Part shown: positions 56,779 to 64,000 of the stretch, one piece after another
Layout of the letters: every line of letters starts with the position of its first letter
Position numbering within the stretch: position 1 is the first letter of the stretch
Source of the DNA: an uncultured Acidimicrobiaceae bacterium
GTDB lineage: Bacteria; Actinomycetota; Acidimicrobiia; Acidimicrobiales; Bog-793
Assembly (NCBI GenBank): GCA_963779425.1
Contig: CAVZYD010000003.1
Coordinates: forward strand, 65,519 to 129,518
Direction of reading: 5' to 3'
Length of the DNA stretch: 64,000 nt
The notes under the pieces: model-generated
Told to the model about the DNA's origin: nothing
The model's input: the letters and a program-made list of their open reading frames with translations, nothing else
The model's database searches: none
Made by a program: the position numbers and the translations under genes

Positions 56779-58267
56779 ATGTCATCCGGGCCAGGACGCG
56801 CGCGCGAGGTCCCGCGCCTCGTGCGGCGCCGGTACGTCCCCCCGGCCCACCGCATGGTGAAGGTGGGCTGGACGCTCGGACGAGCGGTCGGCGCCTGGTA
56901 CTTCTTCGATCGGGGCAGGGGCCGGCCGCGTTCGCGGCTCGGTCTGTCGCGCCGGCTGCGGATCGCCTTCGGCAAGCTCGGTCCGACCTACATAAAGCTC
57001 GGGCAGATCCTCTCCTCCGGGGAAGGGATCTTCCCCGAAGAGATCGTCTCCCAGTTCCGCCTCCTGCGCGACCGCGTGCCCCCCGAACCGTTCGACACGG
57101 TGCGCCGCATCGTGGAGGCGGAGCTCGGCGGCCCCCTCGACGCCACTTTCGCCGACTTCGACGAGACCCCGATAGCTGCCGCCTCCATCGCCCAGGTGCA
57201 CGGCGCCCGGCTGCGCAGCGGGGAGGACGTCGTGGTGAAGGTGCAGCGGCCCGACGTCGCCGAGCTCGTGCGCAGAGACCTTGCCGCCATGAGCTTCTTC
57301 GCCCCCTTCCTCGTCGGGCGGATCCCGGTCGCCGCCCTCGCCAACCCTCCGGCACTTATCGAGCTCTTCGCCGAGACGATCGTCGAAGAGCTCGACTTCC
57401 GCCTCGAGGCCGCCAACATGCTCGACGTCGGCCACGTCCTGGCGGAGACGGACCAGCGCTCCATCATCGTGCCCCGCCCCCATCCTCGTCTTGTGACCCG
57501 GCGCATGCTGGTTATGGAGCGCCTCGACGGCTTCGCCTGGGACGACGTCGAGGGCATGCGCTGCGAGCGGCATCGACACGACGGCCGTGTTGCGAGCGGA
57601 GATGATCTCGTTCCTCGAAGGGACTTTCCTTTATGGCGTCTTCCACGGCGACCTGCACGGCGGGAACTTGTTCGTGCGCGCCGACGGCCGCGTGGCCCTG
57701 CTCGACTTCGGCATCACGGGCCGTCTCGGTGAGACCCAGCGCCTCGCCTTCTTGCAGCTGCTGATCGGCGGCTCGACAAGCAACATCCCGATCCAGGTGC
57801 AGGCCTTGAAGGACCTGGGCGCCCTGCCTGCCGACGCTGACATAGACGAGGTGATCACGGATCTCGGCCTCGACCAGCCCTCTCCGGACGTGACGCAGTT
57901 ATCGGCCGACGAGCTCACCGCACAGCTTCGCGACCTCACAAAGCAGCTTCTCGCCTATGGCGCTCGACTGCCGAAAGAGCTGATGCTGTTCGTGAAGGAC
58001 CTGCTCTTTTTGGACGGGGCCGTGGCGACGCTTGCTCCTGGGATCGACCTCCTCGGCGAGGTGGCCCTGATCGCCACCTATTTCGCCGAGCGTTACGGGG
58101 ACCGCATCGCCGCCGACATCGGTCTCGATCCCCGCGCCGTCCCCGTCGACCTCGGGGGCCTGCGCGCCTCGATCGGCCTTCCGCCCGAGACTGAGCAGTT
58201 CACCTACCGAGACCTTAAGGAGCGCCGCGAGGCCGTGCGCAAGAAGTTCGAGCGCAAAGGGACCTGA
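56779..58267 (+). CDS. ABC1/UbiB-family atypical kinase (1 frame break near 57558)
   Basis: FGKLGPTYIKLGQILSS...PIAAASIAQVHGARL..VVVKVQRPDV...EELDFRLEAAN (ORF 56779..57732). Then GVFHGDLHGGNLFV..ALLDFGITGRL (ORF 57587..58267). An N-terminal extension in another frame (from about 56652) cannot be excluded. Confidence 0.8.
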
Positions 58268-58443
58268 TCGCGAAGACAGCGCCGTTGCAAAATCCCGAAG
58301 GAGGAACGCTCGGGCCTCCCCTTGGAACTAGCGACAACCACTTGCCTTTTCCGCAGACAGCTGGTTACTGTGACGCCTGCCGGTTGCCGGCTCTCGTGGC
58401 GCTGCACCGCCGCCGTGAAACCCCACGACGGAAAGGAACGACC

Positions 58444-58881
58444 ATGCGCCCACCGGTGGACGACCGCGCCACCCGCATCCTGCGAGAGACCGTGCCCGAG
58501 TTCGAGAACCACTACCTCGACCTCGTTGAGTTGTACGAGGAGGACCTGACCCCGCAGGTGGTCTTCAACGAGCTGGCCGACTTCGTCAGCGCCCTTGTGC
58601 GCGACGACGAGGCCGAGGACACCCTCGAGCGCTGCTGTAGCGCCTTGGAGCTCGTTGCCGTCGAGCCGGGAGCCGACGGTACCGGGCTCGTCGCCTTCTG
58701 TTTCCTCGATCAGCTGCCCGCCTTCGCCCTCGAGCGAGTCCGCAGTTACCTACATCCAGTCACCGCCACGATCCTCGAACTCGTGGAACAAGATCTCCTC
58801 TACGAAGACGACGGAGAGACGGCGCTCCTCATCTCCGACCGTCCGGTGTCTTCCTACCTGCCGGCTCCGCCCACCCACTGA
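58444..58881 (+). CDS. small acidic cytoplasmic protein of unknown function
   Basis: From ATG 58444 (RBS GGAAAGGAA). MRPPVDDRATRILRETVPEFENHYLDLVELYEEDLTPQVVFNELADFVSAL...LVAFCFLDQL. The pattern resembles small helical immunity-like proteins, but I cannot name a family. Confidence 0.4.
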   Translation: MRPPVDDRATRILRETVPEFENHYLDLVELYEEDLTPQVVFNELADFVSALVRDDEAEDTLERCCSALELVAVEPGADGTGLVAFCFLDQLPAFALERVRSYLHPVTATILELVEQDLLYEDDGETALLISDRPVSSYLPAPPTH

Positions 58882-58989
58882 GCTCGGCACTCACACCTCG
58901 GGCAAAGCTGACAAGGCAGTCTCGAACCAGCCCGCGCCACGAGCCTTGCCGAGCAATGCCGGCGAGCCCGGGTCCTCCTTCCGCCGGTA

Positions 58990-61545
58990 TCAGCGCAGCG
59001 TGGCCTGGAGCTGGCTCTCCACCGCCTCGATGCACCGGCTGCGCAGCTGTGCCACCTCGGCGTCGGTGAGCGTGTGATCGAGAGCGCAAAAACGTAGGCG
59101 ATAGGCAAGGCTGCGCCAGCCCTCGGCAAGCCCCGCTCCCCGGTAGACGTCGAACAGACGGACGGACTCGCACAAATCCCCCGCCGCCTTCGTGAGCACC
59201 GCCTGCACCGCGGCCGCGGGGACCGAGTCCGCCACGACAAAGGCCAGGTCGACGTCGCTCGAAGGAAAGCGGCTCACCGGGCGGGCGGTGAGCGCTCGCC
59301 TGGGTGCGGCGGCCAACTTCTCCATCTCGAGCTCCAAAAAGCCCACCCGGGCGTGGGGGAGGCCGTAAGCCTGGAGCGTCTCGGGGTCGACTTCGCCCAC
59401 GACCCCGAGCACTGTTGCGCCGCCGGCCACGATCTCGGCGGTCCGCGCCGGGTGAAGACCCGCCCTAAAGGCGGGACGAAGCTCGGTTTCTTCCAACCGG
59501 AGCGCGTCGGCGACGACCCGCCAGGCGTTTACGACGACGGCGGCGGCGTCGCCGTCGTCGGCCAAGAGCAGTCCGACCAGCTCCCACTCATCGGGCAGTT
59601 CCGGGTTACCGGTCGCCCACGCCGCCGGCTCGGCCGGCAGGGCGAACACGTCACCGATCTCGAACAGGCGCAATGGGAGATGGCGATGGCCGACGTTGTG
59701 GCGCAACGCGCCGAGCAATCCCGGCAACAGGCCCCCCCTCAGGGCGGACTCCTCGGCGACCATCGGGTTGAGCAAGGTTACGAGCGGGCTCAGTACTCCC
59801 CCGCGCTCTTGGTCCCGCGGGTCGACGATCGACATCGTCCAGGCCTCGTGGGCACCGAGCCCGGCCATGATCCTCTTCAGGCGACGGCGGAGGACCTGTG
59901 TGTCCGTGAGGCGCCCCACATAGGGAGATCGCCTCTGGGTCAGCGGCAATTGCTGGTAGCCGATCCGCCGCGCTACCTCCTCGGCCACGTCGACCTCACG
60001 GCCGACGTCCGGTCTAAACGACGGCACCTCGAGGACAAGCTCACCGCTCCCGGCAGGCTCGCCGCCAGGTGGGGTCAAAAAGCCCAACGGTTCGAGGAGC
60101 TCGGCGATCTTGGCCCGGTCAATCTCGATTCCGAGCAGGGCACCGATCCGCACGGGGCGCACCCGCACCCGCCGCGGCTCATAGGCGACAGGATGGGCGT
60201 CGACCGAGCCCGACGCGACCACCGGCGCAGCCACCCCGGCTGCCCGGGCGGCCGCCACGACGAGCTCGCAGAAACGCAGGGCGGAGCGCTCCATGCCATT
60301 TGGATCCACCCCTCGCTCGAAGCGCACCGACGCCTCCGTCCTGAGCCCGACAAAGCGGGCGGTGCGGGCGATGGCCAGAGGAACGAAAGAGCCGACCTCG
60401 AGCAGCACCCGCGTGGCTTTCTCGCTGATCTCGCTCGACTGGCCTCCCATGATGCCCCCGATGCCGACGGGACGGTCCTCGGCGTCACAGATGAGGCAGT
60501 CCCTGCCGCCCAGCGGATCGTCCGGCACCGCCGGACGAGTCCCGAGCACTCGGGTCACTCCGTCGAGGGTGACGATCTCCTCGCCCGGCCGGGCTGCTCG
60601 AACCTTGAGCCCGTGGCCGCCCAGCAAGTCGAGGTCGTAGGGATGGGTGGGCTGGCCCAGCTCGAGCATGACGTAGTTCGAGGCGTCGACGATCGAGTCG
60701 ATCGGTCGCATCCCGGCCAGGGTGAGCCGCCGGGCGATGAGCGCCGGGGACGGGACGGCACTCACCCCTAAGAGCACCTTGCCAAGCAGTCGGTGGCAGA
60801 GCTCGGGCGCGAGCACCTCGATGGTCGCGAGCCCGCTCGCCTGGTCGGGCCCCGTCTCTACGACGGGTTCGGGAAGCTGAAGGGGTAGACCAAGACGGGC
60901 GCCTATGTCACGGGCGATGCCGGCGACGCACAGGCAGTCGGGCCGGTTGCCCTCGATGGCGAGGTCGAACACGACGTCGGGCTCGTAAGCGGCGCCGAGA
61001 TACTCGGCGAGGGGAAGGCCCAGCTCGAGACCGCTCCCCCGGCCCCGATCGGGTCCGCCGACCTTGGGTGCGTGCGGTTCGCCCGGCTCCGGCGGCGCAC
61101 CGAGCGCCCCACGTCCGAGCACGAGGATCCCGTCATGGTCCTCCGAAAGACGAAGCTCGCGGCCAGAGCACAGCATCCCGTTGGAGACGACGCCTCGCAT
61201 CCGCCGCTGCTCGATGCGGAACTCCCCGGGCAGCACGGCACCGACGGGCGCCAAGGGCACGACGTCGCCCACTTCGAAGTTCCAGGCGCCGCAAACCACC
61301 TCGACCGGCTCCGGGCCACCTGCGTCGACTACGACGCGGCGGATCCTGTCCGCTTTCGGGATGGCGGCGATCTCGAGCACACGAGCGAGCACAACCTCGC
61401 CCAAGCCCTCGCCCACCATCTCCACGCCCTCGACGACCAGGCCGAGGGCGTCGAGGTCTGCTGCGAGCGCGGCGACTTCACTGCGGTCAGTGGGTCGTGT
61501 CTTAAGCGGTGTCAGTTCCCGCAACCACGACAGTGGAACGCGCAC
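58990..61545 (-). CDS. pheT: phenylalanine--tRNA ligase beta subunit
   Basis: Intact 851 aa ORF. MRVPLSWLRELT, tRNA-binding domain VVCGAWNFEVGDVVPLAPVGAVLPG, B3/4 and B5 domains, C-terminal FDVYRG...SLAYRLRF. Confidence 0.95.
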   Translation of the reverse strand: MRVPLSWLRELTPLKTRPTDRSEVAALAADLDALGLVVEGVEMVGEGLGEVVLARVLEIAAIPKADRIRRVVVDAGGPEPVEVVCGAWNFEVGDVVPLAPVGAVLPGEFRIEQRRMRGVVSNGMLCSGRELRLSEDHDGILVLGRGALGAPPEPGEPHAPKVGGPDRGRGSGLELGLPLAEYLGAAYEPDVVFDLAIEGNRPDCLCVAGIARDIGARLGLPLQLPEPVVETGPDQASGLATIEVLAPELCHRLLGKVLLGVSAVPSPALIARRLTLAGMRPIDSIVDASNYVMLELGQPTHPYDLDLLGGHGLKVRAARPGEEIVTLDGVTRVLGTRPAVPDDPLGGRDCLICDAEDRPVGIGGIMGGQSSEISEKATRVLLEVGSFVPLAIARTARFVGLRTEASVRFERGVDPNGMERSALRFCELVVAAARAAGVAAPVVASGSVDAHPVAYEPRRVRVRPVRIGALLGIEIDRAKIAELLEPLGFLTPPGGEPAGSGELVLEVPSFRPDVGREVDVAEEVARRIGYQQLPLTQRRSPYVGRLTDTQVLRRRLKRIMAGLGAHEAWTMSIVDPRDQERGGVLSPLVTLLNPMVAEESALRGGLLPGLLGALRHNVGHRHLPLRLFEIGDVFALPAEPAAWATGNPELPDEWELVGLLLADDGDAAAVVVNAWRVVADALRLEETELRPAFRAGLHPARTAEIVAGGATVLGVVGEVDPETLQAYGLPHARVGFLELEMEKLAAAPRRALTARPVSRFPSSDVDLAFVVADSVPAAAVQAVLTKAAGDLCESVRLFDVYRGAGLAEGWRSLAYRLRFCALDHTLTDAEVAQLRSRCIEAVESQLQATLR

Positions 61546-61777
61546 TTCCTCGTCTCCTCAACACTCGTCTGGCGTGCTAGGCCCGCCCTAGCCGTATCAC
61601 CTTTGCTACCTTGTCTCTCCGGCCTATCTTTCCTCGCCCTCGACCGCCCTGCTCGAAGCTCCGTCAAACCTGCGCGCCCGTGGGCCGACGCCTAGATTGC
61701 CCGCTGCCCCTCGAGACCGCCGGCAAGGCTCAACACGGCCGGTGCTGCTCGAGCAAAAGACGCCCCGAACGAGGTCC

Positions 61778-62860
61778 TCAGAACTGGTTGAGGAACCTCA
61801 CGTCGTTCTCGATCATCACCCTCAAGTCCGCGATGCCGTGGCGCATGATGGCGATCCGGTCGATTCCGAATCCGAAGGCGAAGCCGGTCCATGTCTCGGG
61901 ATCGACACCGGTCGCCTCGAACACCGCCGGGTGCACCATCCCGCAGCCGCCGAGCTCGATCCAGCCGACGCCGGCACAGGTCCGACAGCCCTCACCGCCA
62001 CAGATGACGCACGACATCTCGAACTCGGCTGAGGGTTCGGTGAAGGGGAAATAGGCGGGTCGCAAGCGAGTTCTCGTCCCTTCGCCGAAGATGGCACGGA
62101 CAAAGGTTTCGATCGTGCCCTTCAAGTCTGCGAAGGTGACGCCGCGATCGACCACAAGCCCCTCGATCTGGTGGAACACGGGCAGATGGGTCGAGTCCGG
62201 GGTGTCCTTGCGGTAGGTGCGTCCTGGAGCCACCGCGTAGATGGGAAGCGTCCCACGCTCGAGCAGGCGGATCTGGACCGGTGAGGTATGGGGACGTAAG
62301 AGCACGCTCCACGGCTCGCCGAAGTCGACGTAGAAGGTGTCGAGCGGGCTGCGGGCGGGATGGTCTTCGGGGATGTTGAGAGCCTCGAAATTGCGCCAGC
62401 CCGTCTCGACTTCTGGGCCCTCGGCGATCTCGTAACCCATGCCGACGAAAACGTCCTCGAGGGCCTCGCGCACCTGGGTCACGAGGTGCAGGTGCCCTGC
62501 CAGGCGCCCGGGCAGCACCTCGGTGAGGTCGAGGCGGTCGGCCGCGAGCCGTTCCGCTCGGGCGAAGGAGGACAGCTCTGCCCGCCGGGCCTCGGCTAGT
62601 GCCTCGAGCCTGGCGCGCAGCTCGTTCAAGGCCCGGCCCGCTTCCCGGCGCGCCTCGGGCTCCATCGACCCCAGCCTTTGGTACATCTCCGCAAAGCGAG
62701 ATTTCTTCGACCGGAAGGCGGTCCGCTCACGCTCTTCGAGAACAGAAAGCTCCGGTGCCGTCTCGAGCGCGGCCTTCGCCTCGGCTTCGAGCTGCGCGAT
62801 CTGCAGGGAAATGTCGCCTGTCATGTCGCGACCTTCGATGGGCAGGTCCGGCGGAGTCAT
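61778..62860 (-). CDS. pheS: phenylalanine--tRNA ligase alpha subunit
   Basis: Within ORF 61778..63112. HPARSPLDTFYV, LLRPHTSPVQIR, GRTYRKDT.DSTHLPVFHQIEGLVVD, RPAYFPFTEPSAEFE, GCGMVHP..GFAFGFGIDRIAM-like. The start is at Met 62860 or Met 62824. Confidence 0.93.
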   Translation of the reverse strand: MTPPDLPIEGRDMTGDISLQIAQLEAEAKAALETAPELSVLEERERTAFRSKKSRFAEMYQRLGSMEPEARREAGRALNELRARLEALAEARRAELSSFARAERLAADRLDLTEVLPGRLAGHLHLVTQVREALEDVFVGMGYEIAEGPEVETGWRNFEALNIPEDHPARSPLDTFYVDFGEPWSVLLRPHTSPVQIRLLERGTLPIYAVAPGRTYRKDTPDSTHLPVFHQIEGLVVDRGVTFADLKGTIETFVRAIFGEGTRTRLRPAYFPFTEPSAEFEMSCVICGGEGCRTCAGVGWIELGGCGMVHPAVFEATGVDPETWTGFAFGFGIDRIAIMRHGIADLRVMIENDVRFLNQF

Positions 62861-62880
62861 CGGAACATGGTAGGACAAGC

Positions 62881-63716
62881 TCACAGCCTTGAGCGGCGGC
62901 GGCGCACCGCCTCGAAGCAGAGCACGGCCACGGTCATCGCGACGTTCAGCGACTCCGTGCCCTCCTCCATCGGGATCGTCAGGGTACCGTCCAGCAGCTT
63001 GACGACCTCGGCAGGCAACCCGGCCCCTTCGTTGCCCAACACAAGCGCCGTCGGGACCTCGAAGTCCGCAACGGCGTAGTCCGTCCCGCCATGGGGAACC
63101 GTCGCCCAGCACCTGAATCCGCCTTCAGAAAGACGCCCGAGGGCCTCGGCCGGCGCCGCACCAACCACGAGGGGCACCCGGAACACGGCCCCGGCGCTCG
63201 CTCGCACGACCTTCGGGTTGAACGGGTCGACGGTGCCGGCACAGCAGACCACCCCGGCGACGCCGGTGGCACCCGCGATGCGAAGTGCCGCCCCGAGGTT
63301 GCCCGGGTCGCGCACGTCCACACAGACGAGCACTAGGGGCTGGATTTGGTCCGGCACAGGGCGCGACAGCACTTCGTCAAGCCCGAGATCGACGGCCCCG
63401 ACGACGGCGCAGACCGCCTGCGGGCTCACCGTGTCGGCGACACGCTCCATGACCCCGGGCCCGAGTTCGAAAACCGCCAGCCCCGCTCCGGCTGCCCGGG
63501 TCGACGACGCGCGGTCGTCGGGGCCGACGAACGCCAATCCGCCGCTACAAAGAGGGACTCGACCGGCGTTGCGGCATCCAAGGCGGCTTCCACCAGCTTC
63601 ACGCCCTCGGCGACAAAGGCATGCTCGCTGTCGCGCACGCTCGAGCGGTTGACGAGGCGGCGGAGGCGCTGAACCCGCTGGTCACGAGCCCCGAGCCTCC
63701 TGATGTTCAAGCTCAC
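62881..63716 (-). CDS. TrmH/SpoU-family RNA 2'-O-methyltransferase (1 frame break near 63535)
   Basis: N-terminal substrate-binding part RVQRLRRLVNRSSVRDSEHAFVAEGVKLVEAAL (63426..63716). SpoU core VDVRDPGNLGAALRIAGATG, NPKVVRASAGAVF, ALVLGNEGAGL, IPMEEGTESLNVAMTVAVLCFE (62881..63537). Confidence 0.75.
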
Positions 63717-63767
63717 GGCGCAGTTTGGTCGAGGTCGGAAAGCCTAACGCTCAACTTGACGTTGAGA

Positions 63768-64000
63768 CTAGTAGGCTGCTTCGTCGACGCCCTCCGCTTC
63801 GCTCGCGTACGACCCGTCGTCGTGTTCGAGAGCCGCCAGGGAGATCTGCACGAGGGCGGCGAACGCCTGCGGATCACGCACGGCGAGATCGGCGAGGTTC
63901 TTGCGGTCCACGTCCACCTCGGCGCGGTGTAGCCCGGCGATGAAACGGCTGTAGGTGGTGCCGTTGAGGCGGGCGGCGGCGTTGATGCGCTGGATCCACA
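63768..64000 (-). CDS. rplT: 50S ribosomal protein L20, C-terminal part (5' end outside the window)
   Basis: My reverse translation: [50 protein letters not shown]..., followed by an acidic tail and TAG at 63768-63770. Confidence 0.85.
   Translation of the reverse strand, partial: WIQRINAAARLNGTTYSRFIAGLHRAEVDVDRKNLADLAVRDPQAFAALVQISLAALEHDDGSYASEAEGVDEAAY

Noticed and set aside
63750-63767. Hairpin CTCAAC-TTGAC-GTTGAG just downstream of rplT as an intrinsic terminator.
   Set aside because: The stem is only 6 bp and no U-tract follows on the coding (minus) strand, and the next gene starts about 50 nt away. It is too weak to call.

Overview
High-GC (about 68-70% by eye) chromosomal window with Actinomycetota-like synteny. 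On the minus strand the order is SBP-secG-tpiA-pgk-gap-yvcK-rapZ-methyltransferase-uvrC. Next come nadA, uvrA, uvrB and coaE. A roughly 10.5 kb glycosyltransferase cluster follows (AftD-like GT-C, GT4, FAD oxidoreductase, two more GT-C enzymes), wedged between coaE and rpsA. After it lie rpsA, polA, a PdtaR-like ANTAR regulator, an ECF-type transporter module and tRNA-Leu(CAA). Downstream of the tRNA is an accessory-looking stretch (about 37.4-50.4 kb). It holds a roughly 1300 aa SARP/BTAD-cyclase-like-STAND ATPase-TPR protein and an intact IS21-family element (istA/istB, inverted repeats, 5 bp target duplication) that splits an S53 peptidase gene. It also holds orphan secreted and membrane proteins and a padR-ABC efflux unit. 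The window ends with a fabD-X-fabH-fabG-acpP-fabF operon (X is a small BCCP-like protein without the biotinyl-lysine motif), an ABC1/UbiB kinase, pheST, a TrmH-family methyltransferase and rplT. The dominant technical feature is that most long conserved genes, including essential ones, are broken by +/-1 frame shifts whose conserved peptide continues in a neighbouring frame. I read this as assembly or consensus error rather than real decay, so gene coordinates are whole-gene spans, not single ORFs. No CRISPR array, rRNA, integrase or recognisable defence system was seen. The most interesting candidates are the STAND protein with a degenerate cyclase domain, the lysine-less BCCP-like gene coupled into the fab operon, the GT-C cluster and the precisely delimited IS21 insertion. 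All homology calls are by-eye motif recognition; nothing was searched against a database.
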